From assembly GCA_040954595.2 (NCBI GenBank), contig CM082595.2:333690-397689 (forward strand): DNA of 64,000 nucleotides, read 5' to 3'. The notes beneath the pieces were generated by a model. It had not been told where the DNA came from and ran no database searches. It saw only the letters and a program-made list of their open reading frames with translations. Made by a program: the position numbers and the translations under genes. This document shows, one piece after another, positions 40,601 through 55,600 of the stretch (positions are counted from its first letter, which is position 1; the number at the start of each line of letters is the position of its first letter). Origin of the DNA: Balanoglossus misakiensis. Lineage: Eukaryota > Animalia > Hemichordata.

Positions 40601-43600
40601 CTTTACCAAATCTCTAAGGTAGTTACTCGAGATCATCCCTGATTCTTGCAACACTTAGCAACGTCTTTATAAAGCAGAGTCGAACAAAATTGATACGTGC
40701 AGTACACAAGCATCACCAGAATGAATTACAGTGCGTCACAGGAAACCTCTCAAAGAAGGAATTGGATTCTTGATATGCCGGATGAACTGGATAATTTCGC
40801 AAAAGGCTAATGAAATGATGCCAAGTAATGTCTGATCTGTATCTCAAATAGCCATTCTCAATCTAGTAAGAAGAAAATCGCTTCAACTAGATGAAATTGC
40901 TGTACAATGAGAGGAAATGACACAATGTCTTTTGAGAGATTGTTTTTCTGAAAAATAAATGGGTTTGATCAAAGTGACTTGTGGTTATGTGACATGCATG
41001 CTCAATAGTTTGGAAATATTCCTTGTGAAAGTAAAATCTATTTTAAAAATTTCCATATTTTGTAAGTGAATATGAAATGTTCCTTGAAGCAGATAAGCTG
41101 CGGCCATACTTCCTACCAATCTGTTGTTACTGCCGACAATAGCCGAACTCTGTAACCTATCTCTTCTGATCAACTCTTGTAAAATCTAACATCTCAGCTC
41201 AGCAATGGGACTCCTTCAAATGTCATCTGCATTGAATATGGCAATGATACACCCACTCACATGACGATCGCAATCAGCTAAACTCTTGCATGACATTTAT
41301 CTTATAAGACCCGCGTTCCCCAGATGTGTAATCTGCTGAACATGTCATATTTTCGATGTCATATCCAACATCCATCACTTTCTGTCCTGAATCAACAACA
41401 CAAACAATAGACCATTTCCCGAATACTACAAAACCATGCGAGATCTTGCGTGGCTAAACAGTTTATATGGGAGAACATTCTCATGTGAATTTATAGCATG
41501 TATTATTCAAACAAAATTGATACCATTGTTGAGAATGTTTGCATGCATGCAATCAGAGAGCAGCTAGTGCTTGAAAAGGATTCAAGTTCCGTGTACACTT
41601 GACAAATCTCTCCATGACTCTGCTGATTATGTTCAAGTGTGTTGATGATAACTTCTACACGATAAGACACATTACTGCTACTTTTCTGCACATTAACAGT
41701 TTTCTGCTCCAATTCCTGATAACAGGCATGACTCCACACATTGCAGTACTCTTCAGGCTATATGCAACGAGAAATGAACTTGTTGAAAAAATGTAGTTCA
41801 GAGAAATTCTGCCTTGTTCTCCTCAAAATCAAGATACTGATCATAGAGAAACATATATAACAGATGTCTCCCTTCCTGTAGATACCATTCATCTTTCATC
41901 CACTCCTGAAGAATTCCACACCAAGAATTCACAAATGTCCACAATTTATTGGGTAAACTTGACTATCGTCTTATCAATATCATAGCAGGAAAGAAATCTG
42001 CGATGTCTGCTCAGAGTCAAACATATGTTAGGTCAGGCTTTCCATTACGTATGAAGGCAATGTTTTTATCTTGAAATATTCATCACAGCGCTATGACACC
42101 ATTCACAGGGGATGCATTAAACACCAACCAAACCCGGCAAATTTCAAGGAGCTCACTTTACGACAAGCTGATCAGAGAATGATATGGCTGTTAACTTGTC
42201 AGAAATTTCTGAGTGATTTCTGAGTGCTGCGTTTTAGGTTACACATCAGAAACAGTGAACCCTCATTCCGCATTCATACAGACATTAAATATTCATAAAA
42301 ATTTCAATCCAGGGGGTCAGGAGTTTTGCTCATAACAACTTCCATATTCAAGGTTTCCTCATCTATGCATCACTTCACTTAAATATTCACCGTCAATATG
42401 AATTGGTAAATGGCAGATGGCAATGCATGAAACTATGTTTGTTGAGAACTTCAGTTGCGTCCGGATTTCCGACACCTCCCAACAACAGAGTCAACAAACG
42501 CCTCGTTCCGAATAAATAGAAGTAATTTATTTGCTTGCTTGCTTGCAGTGGTTATCCTGAACACATAAAAGTTCTGTTAACACAGATATTTGTGATGGTA
42601 ATGTCTACCACAGCGGTTGTTGAGTGAGAATAAAAAAATAGGGAACGACTGAAGGCTATAAACCCGTGGTGACTGTCTGCACACTTTGAATAAATTCTGT
42701 TGAGATCCTGACTGGTTTGTTTCATGTGGAAATTATTTGTGAATAAATCACGGTTGTTAAAAATTCTGCTGTTACACTTTGTGAGACTGTCTACACACAA
42801 CTTCTCCGTGAAGAGGAAGATTGATCACCGACATCTGTATTCTGTTGGTGCTGAATCAACAAAAACGTATCTCTCATTCACGCTAAAATGAAACTTTCAT
42901 GTATTCTTGCAAAGACTCCAAATGATTTACTGTACTTCAACAGTCTCATAGGATAGAATGAAACAATATTTTATAGGTCAATGATTCTCACATTTTTATT
43001 GGGTCATCAGTCTCTAACCTGATCATATATCAAGATATGGTCGTGCTATAGTTGGAATATTAGGGTGTTAAACTGTCATCAGTGGTACATATTGTATGCT
43101 TCAGGAAACAAGTACTCCTATACAAGATAACTGAAATTCAGTTTTACCTAAACAGGTACAATCATTATGAGTAAACCATCCACTTTGAACAAAATGCACA
43201 CTTTGAAGTCAACACGCATTGTGATCATTCACTTGTTCATCTATCTGTGTGTCACACTGCAGTTGCTGAACGACACAACCATTTACTCTCCAAACTCGTA
43301 GTTCTGACGACAGCTTTTATTGTCCGAGGCAACTGGACTACTGTTGACTCTCAGCCTTGTCTTAGCATCTCTCCTGTCTATTGATGGGAGAGTGATGTGT
43401 AAAGAATTCCAGAATGCTTTCATGTCAGGAAATTGTTTTGACTTGACTCGTGCAAAATAGTCTAGATTCCTAGGATGAAATGTCTCGGGAGATCAACCAT
43501 ATTGACAAGGAGTCAGTACAGGAACTAAAGGGTCATAGATTTGTGTTAAGTGCAAAAATATTGAATACTGGCATTGAAACTTGAACTGACTTCACCGAAG

Positions 43601-46600
43601 AGAGTGAACGTAGTAATGTGATGCTAAACAGACTAGGAAGGACAGAAGGAAATAACTGACTGATGGAAGAATGCACCCTACGTGCAAGGCCACATTTCTT
43701 CCAAATACTTGAACAGAAATCTTTCTTTTTGCATCGAAAAAACCTTCACACTAATAATGACCATCATTTCGATAATTATGCCAGCAGATGTCTGGAGATG
43801 TCTCTCTTGAATGTAGAACACCAGTTTGACAGACTACACCACAAACAACTGCACATGAACATGCGTGGGCAAACTGCCAATAGATCGCACCCAATTGACA
43901 TCACTTGCCACACCAATCATTCTGAAATGTAATGACCTCTTTCTTCTAATAACATTCTGATCTAATTACGAAAATACAGTTCAAAGAAATAATGGCATGA
44001 TGTGAAAAACCACAGATTGCTGTTGACCTAACAGACCACTGCTAATTGATGGGTGTATACACACATGCAAACATGGAAGTACATGTGGAGACAATCATGA
44101 TATTTATGAAGTACATGCTCTGTCTGTAAACTGGAAGGGGTTCCAGTGTCACAACAAGGAAAGCAAAATGTATTACATGTACGCATACCAATTGATCAGA
44201 ATATAGGTGAAAGAGCAACCATTATTATATAATATTATGGAATATTTACTTATGCAAATATTAAAATTACACTATTGCAAAATAACGTCATTAGCCTTTA
44301 TACATTTCTTCATACTTCATATTGATAATTTTGTTGTTATTTGTAATATCAGTCAGTCCACTACCTCGCTACTGTTTTCACTGCTGAAAATTATTCACTG
44401 ATATTCAATATGACTATTAATATTTCATTCTCAATTATATTGTCTATACATGTATATGTTCAAGCTGACGGAAAACGATCAAAAATTGAGCAAGGGCTCA
44501 GGAAACAGGAAACGTTCCATTCAAACCGTTGTCAACCTTTCCCAGCTGAAATCAATATATGCAGACGTTAGGTGATGCAGAAAAATTTCAGATAATTGGC
44601 TTGCAACAGAAGAGCTAAATAAATGGATGTCTCGCAACCGCAAAAAATATACCGCTACCTTTTGATCTGTGAACCCATCTACGGTACCTAAAAAATACTA
44701 TTTTTTTATCCCTTTTATGTTTAGTAAAATGGCGAGTTATAACGATGACCACATTGACGATGTATTCACTGAAAGTCATATTACAAATATTAAAAGAAGA
44801 ATGATGAACAGCTGGTTGCAGGATTACGCCATTTTTTTCCGGACATCGATCATGATTGTGGAGGCCACACTTTGATAATACGTTGCAACCGCCGCTGACA
44901 TTTTTGCATGGGGTAACATTTCCCAGTTTTTTCACTTCTATTGATGGGAAGACAGGCGACAGAGAGATGGCATGCACGCCATGGATGTATTCTTAGTAAA
45001 TAATTTGAACTATTTGAAACAGGGATATTGAGTTTTATACTAGTGGCTTGGGTTATTGGCCTGGCAATCATCTCTATAAATTGTCTAGCATTGTTGTGGG
45101 TTAGAGCATCTCCGTTATACTGTAATCATTGCGCCATTATGAGAATTCTGCTATGTACACATTACAGCTTGCGGGTGAAATTATTGTTTCTGTACAAAGA
45201 CATCTTCTGTTCAGACGGGTTTAATGAGACAATGCTGCCAGTTTATCTGTTGCACGTAGTAAGGTATAAAGGGGAAATTGTATAGAAGGCATTGAATTGC
45301 TAGTTTACGTAATTCCTATCCCTGGGGTTTTCACACAGTTGCACACAGGCAACACAAATCCAATACAGCGATGCAGTCACTGAAGGATACTGCAATACAC
45401 TGATGCAAATCTGGATGTTATCAGTTATATGGTGCTATTTCATACAATTGGCATAGCATTGCTTGACATGTTTTATAGCAACTGTATTTTAAAAAGGAAT
45501 GATTCAAACAAAATATGTAAACACTACAAGGGTTTCCAAGCAACCTGTTGTTACCCTGGTTTCAAGAACGTGCTTTAATTTTCCCAAGGCCCTCAACTCC
45601 TACAGCTATGTTTAATTGAAATTTAATTTACACATTCCTCGTAAACCTATGTGAATCATACTGGTATGTAGAAACTGCTGAGTTTTATACCAAGAATTTG
45701 CTTTCCTTTCTTGTAAAATTACCAAGAGCGTGCAAAAATGTGTGGAAAATGGGCAACAACCACTAAAACCTCATCGTGAGTGAACAAATTCCTGGGTGAA
45801 CGAACCCTAAATAGCTCAGGCATCTTCTGAGGGTGGTTGCCCAGTAAATTTAACCCTTTCACCCCCAGTTCCATCTATACATGTATGTGTCCAATTTTAC
45901 CATAGAAAACAATAGGTTTGGGTAAAACCATGGCGGTGATAGGGTTAAAGGTTAACAGGGAACATTTCACGAGTCTGCAAGATTTGCAACTGGTGCAGTA
46001 GTTCTGTAATTTGTATGTCACCTGTTCTGCTGCACTTCTCATCCCAATGCAATCTCTGAAAACATTTCTCAGTTCATTAGTATTTGCAGCAGACATATCC
46101 CAGATACCGGCCATTCACAGCATTAAACACTCAGGACCCATCTGTGTGTCTTCCCCACATGGGACCCTGGCAGTTTGCAAATCATATGGGACGAGACTAG
46201 ACGCCACATAAAATTTTAAACATCATCTTGACATCATAATTTCATCAATTGTACGTGATCTGCAGTATAATATTTTTATTATGTAGATGTATGATGAAAT
46301 GTCCTGTCATACTTACAGATCATACCTACATTAAAAGATACCAAGTTAATTTCAGCAAGCACAAACAGTGAGGAAATTTCCGCTAACACTATTTTTGCCA
46401 TGACAAAGCTTGGACTAAACACACCATGTAGTGTATGGGATTTCAAACGTATACTACACATACAACATAAATTTCCTTAAGTGTGGCTCACTTGTGAATT
46501 CACTTTGTTTATCAAAGCTCGAAAGTGATAACAGCTAATTTGATGTTCATTTCAGTTTAATAGTTCATGATTCACTCAGTGTCTGGTCACAAAACCTTTT

Positions 46601-49600
46601 CGGAATATGAATGAAAGAGAAACTTCGACTAGTGTGAAACTTCCAAGTAACATGTAATGGTGAAATAAGTATGTGTTTTTACACTGCTGACAACATCACT
46701 GACAACATGGTTGAACCCAACTTTGATGCAGGTCAGTCAAGATCTGTGCATCACATTGAAATTCACCAAATTTCAATTCCAACGAGACATTAACCATGTT
46801 ACCAAATTTCTGATTTCCATCACATTAAATTCTACCTGAGACGCCAATAAATATGAAATGTGGTTAGCTTTATAACCTAATGAATACAAGATAATATTAC
46901 AACAAACAGCACTTCCATTTGTCATCTTGTTTGTTCCGAACCTTTTTCCGCCAATATTAGCATCACAGAGAGAAAACCCATCAAATGTGACTTGTGTACC
47001 ACAGAAAGTAGGCCGCGTTGAGAGTTATTAAATTTGATCACAACTGCGTACTTTCCTCCCGGGAGTCTCAGTTTTGTTTCCACAACTTATGTTGGCAATT
47101 CTCCCTGCTATGATAATGATACTTTTGCTTGATTAAAAAACCCTGAGGTTATATTTTGCTTTGCTCATCATTCTTCCTGCCACTGACTGCCCTTCTATAC
47201 ACGATGGCGCCAAACAGACTCTACAACCTTCTATACAACTTCGATAGGCTATAGAAATCTATAGATGTCCATAGAAATTTTATAAATGTCTATAGAAATC
47301 CACAAGGCTATATAATGCTCTAGATATCTATAGACTGTTTTTGTAAGGAACATGCATCATCACAAGAGACGTTATCTCCCCATGTAGAAGGCTCATAGCC
47401 CCCGTCGCTGGCTGCTCAAATGCTAGAATCACTCCCACTAAGACAAGGCAAGATCAACAGCTCTGTTCTCTGCTGGGGGGATCGACGTACAACTGAGAGT
47501 CAGGCCAACGCAGCAAACTACATGTGAGAAAGAGCATACCGCATGTTGATTTTCTACAATGTCAAAGAATCTCACTGATGATCACAATGTAAACGCCGGC
47601 TCACACTGAAAACCATTAAATTAAACCCCAGGTAGACTACAGCGCTGCCAGAAATAATGAATTTTACAATCTGTTTCTATGGTAACCATTTTATGGAAAC
47701 ATCTTCATTATCTGAAAATTTTACAATGTGAATCCTTCAATAGTACATAGGCAGTGCTTGATTTTAAAATGTTAGTAAACAGATATCTTTCATATGGGAC
47801 AGCCCAAACTTTAAGATTCATGAAATTGAATAGTTCAACAATATGACATTTAGATATTTCTTGACATTTAGAAAGAAACAGGATAAGGACAGGTTAAGAT
47901 TTCTGACCTTTTCCAAACATTACACGTTAATTGACTTGTGAAAAGTTACAATGACACTCAAAACCATGACAAACTGAAGGCAATCACATCTAAATTCAAG
48001 TAAAGATGGCCAAGAAAGGGATTATGCTAAATTTCCTGAAGAGATAGATGTATTTACATCATGCAAAAAAACTTGCAGATGATTCATACCTTCTATGTTA
48101 GAAAAGATTATCATCAGAAATGCCTTAAATTCTGAATTTTTAATTTGTTTTTTTCTCACTTTATGACAGATAGTGCAATTTTATACTGAAATGGCTGCTA
48201 AAAATGGTACAATCTGCCTCAAGATAATAAAACCAAGGACATAAAGAATCAATATTTATTGCTCAACGATTTCAACAGTTACTGAAGTAATGTATTGAAT
48301 ATTCCTCTTTTATCAAGGGATTGGCAGGCATGATTTGTTGAATATCATTAAATTAAGCAATGTTGAACACATCTGTTCAAGCCCTCGGGCACAGCGATAT
48401 CATTCGGAAATAAATTTTCTGACACCGCAAGTAATCTCTACTCAGTTGAGCATTTGTTTCCATTTCCGAAGACTGTTACTCTGGGATCAGTCAACACTGC
48501 ACAGTATACATCCACATTCAAAAGGTTAAAACATGGTCACTCTAAGTGACCGGCCGTGGCTAAAATGAGGCCAACACACAGGGGTATCATCACAGTCACT
48601 CCACAAAGTGACCATGGTATCATCTCAGTTTGTATGGCAATCAATTTTCAACACAGGCAAGCAGAACCTTTAAAGAGACATTTTAAAAACAGATGAGGTT
48701 TTTCCACACGCTTTCTGATGTCTCTCAGTGAGTGTCTTGATTTGATTCATGGCCAGAACAACTGGTGTCAACAGAAAACATCGGGATCAGCTATCCACAT
48801 ACTGACCCCTTTACGCGTTTCGTCCGAGTCGCCGTGGACACCAGAAAAAGAACTACAATACAGGTGATCTGTCAACATTATGTTGTGTGAACTGCACAAA
48901 CACAGTGGCTCACTACACAAGAAAAATGTTAAATGCCAACACCAGCAAACAACCCCTTTTCAGTACATTATTCACACCCTTTTGAGTTTGCCAACAATAA
49001 GGACAACATTCTTGTTCGTTTTGCACTGTCAGACTTCTTGCCCTAAATTCACAATGTCACCAACTTATACCCAGAACCATACACTCCAAACCACCAAGCT
49101 AGTCAGAAATTGGATTCTAAAACTGTCTTTTTGACACGCATTTATGAACAGCAAACCATTCTCATTATCATGCAATCTTTTTCCCAATTTATTTTAAGAA
49201 CCTGGGCTAACCTAAAGGCAAAACTAATCGAGAAATTCACTTTTTCAAATGTTAATTCTCATCTCTATGTAGATTAGTTTGTCAAATGTCAGCTAAGAAT
49301 TGTTTTCACTTACAAATTAATCACTGCATGGAGCAAGACTGACAGCTACAGTCAATGTTGCAAGCGTCAGATCCCACAAAACCGATTTATAAGACAGTTT
49401 ACATAAAAAATCTGCAAGAACATTTGCAGAAGACATTCATGTCATTGAATGCAGGGAGTAAATTGCATGTCACACGGAATAAACACTTCTCTCCCTGAAG
49501 AACGGCATCCGACCTGTTTCCAATTGACGCTCAAACAGAAAAAGTCATTTCACAAGAGCCACAGTTGTCATTTAATTGTTAAGCTCAACAGAATTAACTC

Positions 49601-52600
49601 ACATCTTTTCTTCAAAGCCACAGTGATTATCTCAATGCAGTCATTTGCAAATCCAATTTACAACCTCTCAGCCTCTGGCCCTTTCGCATCATAAATGTTT
49701 CATCGCCACTTCTGAAAACCAAATAAGATCGCAGCTAACTTCTCGACCCGAAGCCCGTTCTTTTCCTAAACAGCATTTATCATCTTGGTGAAATTTCCAC
49801 TTTCACTCATGGCAGACACAAAGTACAATCAAACATTTGTTAGTGGCCACCTCTATATAGTGGAAACATGTCTATAGTGGCCACTTTGGTTACAGTCCCT
49901 GTGCAAGTTAGCTATTAAACCTGTCTGAAGACCACCTGTCTATAAAGAACAGTTTAGGAAAGTCCCTTGACTGGCCACTATACTGGCATGTAACATCAAG
50001 TCACATTGAAACTTTCACCAAACGTGAACAAATATTTCACAGGTAGCTGAAAGGGACTCTATGAAAGTTGAATATTTGACTTTCATTGCGGAAACAGATC
50101 ACGTTTGATCGAGTTCTCATCACACAAGGGAGATATCCATCACAGCACACTGTCACATTATCAGTACTAGAGGGCTCTGGTAATCATTGAAATGAAACAA
50201 ACAATGTTATCTAACGTGGTATTTTTTTGCTTTCTGTTATAATTGCCTTATGGCAAGATAGGATAAAAAGACGAAGCCATATTTTCACTAAGTGCGTTGA
50301 GATAAAACCAACACAGGTACACGTCAGACCCAAGCCTTTTTTTTTCTGTACCCACAGCCTGTGATAATTCGATGCAGAAGATATCGCACCCTGAAAATAC
50401 CTGATTTTATCTGATCATGGAATGCAATTGATGTTAAGGGTTTACACTGCACACAAAGCGAAAATAGTTCATAACAGGTTATTAAAATGGGTTTCTTTGT
50501 CATGTGACAAAAATGTGGAACACACTGCTATCATCAAATTGGCCTTGAACTCTTTCCTGACAAATTCAAGTCAGCACTTCTGCAAAAAATAACCAAATAA
50601 TTAATTCATGTTACTAAGCCAAAGTTTGGCCGCTCCCAGGAATATTCATCCCTTCCACCTGAATACTGCAGTGCATTCAAACCAATTCAAATCAGATGAT
50701 TTCCTGTACGACCCAACTCACAGGCACTTCCATTCTACAAACAGGCAACAAATTTCTGGTTTCCGTTTCTCTCATTTCCTGCCTGAATGACGTACATCCA
50801 TGTATGCCTGCAGTAAAATATTCTCATTACATCCATTTTCAAGATGGTGGTTGCGGTTTCCCACCTGATCCGATCGTATCTTGATGAGGTTTGTCCACAT
50901 CTTGACATTTTGCTTGGTAACCAGCATCCATTTTTAAGTATGTTCATTAAATACAGCTGAGATTTTTTTTTTCATTATATTCTCCAATATTTCACTGAAA
51001 CCAGCAGGCAACAGTCACCCTCTGACATCTTGCAATCTATTCCTCAGTAAGATCAGACTCAGAGAAACCACATACATGTATAGGCTATTAAAAAAAGATG
51101 ACACTGTCTTGTCTTGCTGCTACTGTCAATGCATTGCTTTGTTATTTACAACATCTTCTGACATTGGGGGACAAAGGGCAAACCAAACATACATGTCTAT
51201 ATTAATAAGAGGATGATTATGTTATTGGTTTACGTAAGGTCTAATGCAACCTTCCACCCACATTGATTTCAGTATTCTGAGAATGTTAATAGGGCTTGTG
51301 TTGAGGACTGACTCTGACTGTAAACCCTGCTTTGCCATTGAAAGACTGTTATGCCAAGTAGATCAAATTGTCTGGATTTCTTATTAGCTCTCAACCTGTT
51401 TTCTATACAAATGGACTGATCTCCCACAAGTACCTATGGAAGCTTCCATTATATGGAACAAATATAGGGGTGGAGGAGGTTAATTAAGTGGATGCTTTCT
51501 GGCCCCTGCACAGACACGTCTCTTGAGTTCTTCTCGCGTCCCAACCAACTGCATTGCAGCTGTGACAATATTGGAATACCACACACCGTAATGCCAAGCA
51601 GCTAAAAACTCAACCAGCACCTGCTGCTCTGATCAATTTTCAAACAGACACAGCATACCAATACTAATGCAACAGACCCATTTGAATTCAATCACACAAA
51701 ACTGCCTCATAATGCAAAGTCACTGAGTGACACAGGACTCCATAAAAAAGTACTTCTGTTGATCAAATCATCATCTGTTTTCACTTTTCATCATCAGGAC
51801 ATCAATAAATATTGTAACACACCTCATCCGCAGACTGTGTTCTCATTCGTCAATTGATAGTCACGTGGTGTGCGTTGCCAGGCATCAGTTCCGAAAAATG
51901 ATGTCCGCTTACTTCGAATGACATGGCTACGGATGAGATGTGTTACAAAACACATATTGACTGCAGTGGCCTTTCTGGGCAACAGCATACGTCTTTCACC
52001 CCTAAGGACTGCGAGTCAGCCCCAAAACAGACTGTTTCGCTCGGCCTTCGTCCTCGGGAAACAGTGTGTTGTTGGGGGTGACTCACAGTCCCTCAGGGAA
52101 ACAGACGTTTGCTGTTGCCCTCATGGCCAGTCAATATGTGTATACTACATACACGCACATATCAAAGCAATGACTCACCTCATTTGTATTCCATCTGTGC
52201 CTCTCTTTCGGGAAAAATTCCGCTTTAGGCAACTTTGATGTTATTTTATCCACTTTGTCTGTTACTGCGGTCTTGTTCTTCTGTTTCTGTGAATGTTGAT
52301 CATCTGTCGAATACAGAAAAAAGTGAAAATGAGTTCTTGCTTGTTCACAATCGTCAACCATTCCCTTAACAGGACAAATACCTTGTTATAGTTTGTTGTC
52401 GTCAGTCAACTTAGCATTGCACAGCCAGTACATGGGAACTCGTTTTTCAGCTAAAGTAATCTACATACAAGTACTCTTGCAGGAAACCCGACAGATGTAA
52501 TGCATCTGCTTGTAGCAGGTCTATTTTTGCACTCAGGAAATGGTGTGAATTGCTACGGCGAATTCAGGTGCCTTACAGCCGCCGGCCACAATGACAGCAG

Positions 52601-55600
52601 ATACGTGGTCTGCCTAATGGGCTTGATCACTGTCCATCATTCCAATTTGAAGAGATTTTCATCCACTGCAGAGTGGATTGAAATTATATACACTGCTTTG
52701 AAGTTTCGACGCAAGATTTTCGTGAACACCTGTCACTGTACACTGATGTGGATGAATAGAAAGAAAAAAGAAACTCTAAAAGGGCAGCCATCAACAGAAA
52801 CAGCTATGCTTGTCTGGTTTTCCTTACAAACAATACGCCTGTGGTAGATTTTTATGTGCAGGAAGTCAAAAGGGCTGCAAAACACAGAACAGTTCAAAAG
52901 TCCTTTTTCCAATGGCTAACATCGACTAACAATGGTTTTGCCAGGTATCAGCTGACTGTTTGTATGCACACTGATGCAAGTGAATAAGTAACCTGTGAAG
53001 CTATCTGTTAATGGGGTTGTGTAAGACTAGTAGCACTAAAGGTATTAATTGGACTAACCCAGGTGAGTCTTGGGTCAGCCCAATGCTAACTCAGTCTTGC
53101 TTGCAGAGATCTCAAAGCTGGCATACAATGCTTGCAATACTTATTCCTACCCTCCACAGTGGTTACGACTTTTAATGGAATGTATTTGTTTAAAGAGGTT
53201 TTATTCAAAGTATCAATTGTAGTTATGGCTATGGGACTGGACTCAACTAGTACTATGCGTTACTAAAATCGCACATATGTTTTCATGGGTTGATAATTAA
53301 AGGGAGGTGAAAGGTCATGATCTCATTCCAAGCGGTGGAGGGAGGTCACTATTAGGTTGATACATCTATGATTTGATAGCAGAGAATGTTAGGCTCAAGA
53401 TATATTACAATAGTAAATGAACAATATCAAAAAGAATGTCTTTGATGTCAAAATCAAAAGTTAAAGTCAAGAATACTGAAACGAGTATTTCTCGATCCCA
53501 GGACCAAAACAAGTCAACAGCCAATACCGCAAATGCCTACAAGTAACCATTGTCTATAATGGCAGCGTTTCAGTTTAGAATTCCATGAAGCAGATGGCAT
53601 CAATCAAATATGCATGAGACATGTAAACCTATAAGAAGTAACATTCATTAGACGTCATCTCGTTCTCAGAGTATTACACACCTTTACCCTCATCCACAAT
53701 TGAATTGTTGAGGTCATTTGTCAATAATGTCAATGATGATAAAAAAATCCATCTTTAGTAGAATCATTCTAAAAGGGAAAGCCTACATTTACCACTAAAA
53801 CTCTGACAGTTTTGGCATTAATTATTAGCGGGAAATAGAATGCCAAAAACATATTTGTAAATATTCAAGCAATTTCCTTGATTGTGTTATGTAAGCTTGT
53901 TGTGATGTTTTGACATCCACTAACAATCTGTAGTACGAAGAACTGACGATGTGGCCTCTCTCAATAGATTATTTTCCACACACAAAAAAAACATCACACA
54001 ACGCCGGCAAAGGTGTCTCCGCCATGACAAAACTCACCAATCCTGTAATATGAAATCAGCTCAGTTCAAAAAAACTGCCTGCATGTAATCTCCACTGCCT
54101 TCAAATACATGCCACAAACTTCCCTATCACCATGGCAACAATTGATCAATGGAGGAAGTAATCCCATTACAGTAACAGGAGGCTCCTTTATTTCACTGCT
54201 TGCGTTTATCTGTTTTAAATGCCCGTTTGTTGGTTTTCCTGACTGTTTTACATCAAACACACTAGTTACGTGCTACTTTTTTCTCTGGTACATATTATTT
54301 GAACAAATATCACATCTTACCATCATCAGTAATGATATTTTGTCTTCACCATTTTTAATTAACTAAATGAACAGAAGGCACTATTAAAAAGGATTCATTA
54401 TTCACAAATTAATTACAAATGATAGCCTTTGTACCTTAAGGTCCTCGTCTATAGACCAAATGCAACCTTCAAAATCAATGGCTCTTTGTTATGCAATATT
54501 AGGTTGAGTTCTCTATAGGGAAGCATAGCTGTCCATTTCAACGTTGTTTTTCAGCAAGCCTATTCTGTAAATTTCTAGATCCACTAACTACAGCAAGGCT
54601 AAACACCCCAATATTTGGATTGTCAATATATTTCAACTCTTATTTTTGACATTGGAAAGGGGATTTACAGTACAATCAGTCATGCGTATGAGCTAGCACA
54701 ATGACTATGGTGCAGTCTCACTATTGGTTCTGGTTGATATTGAATGTTTATATGGTGCAAGGCCTTTGCTTTCTACCAGATTGTCTAATTCTTTTCCCTG
54801 GGCAGCCCTAAATTTCGCAAAAATTGTCAAATACCACAATTATTCTACATAATAACCATGGCAACACAAATACATAAATTCAACAGACTAATCTTGCTAA
54901 GCCTGGCCATGAAACTGTTTTCACTCATCAAATACTCTGTGTCGAATCTAGGGACCAGCACATTTATTGCTCCTAATAAGCAACTTCTACATGACTAATT
55001 CTAGAATTTAATCCGAGATTATCGCAGATGCTATAGGAAAGACGAACGTGACAGACACAAAGAATGACGATAAAACTGCAATCAACTCTTTGCATAGCGA
55101 CTGACCATATTCTGATCACTTTTGTGCAAAAAGTACATAATTCACACTCAGGCCGCACACGTTCTTATTCAAGCATTGAGCAGAATCACGGTGCCCATGC
55201 TATACACATTCCTAGGACTTGTAGGATATACCATGGAAATGGGGACGGGAAATATTGGTAATCAAGATGCTTTATTGGCCAGTATGCAATGGCTGGTAGG
55301 AAGCCATGCTGGATTCTTCTAATATGCAAATACATGTCAAAGGTCATGCGGACACATAGAGTTCTCATTCGTATAACGGAACAGTCAGGACATTACATCC
55401 CTCCTCTCTTTGGATAGAATATAGTCAATGACCAAAATAGAGAAAGTTCATAGTCCATGAGAAATGTCCGATGAACATTTTTGTGCTAGTGTTGATTACT
55501 TTTGGTTGTATAACAATAAAACAAACAACTAGAAAATGTAAACAACTCTGAACTCGATAACACGAACAACGTAAACGAGTAGCAACAACGTCCGACATGC

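Noticed and set aside
44615-45000. CpG-richer segment with 120-aa and 68-aa ORFs
   Set aside because: No recognisable domain, TIR pair or TSD found. Possibly an old repeat, but unsupported.
34520-52100. Numerous 60-120 aa ORFs in CAMTA intron 2 (possible nested gene)
   Set aside because: No motifs or coherent exon chain were seen; lengths are as expected by chance. Small exons could have been missed by eye.
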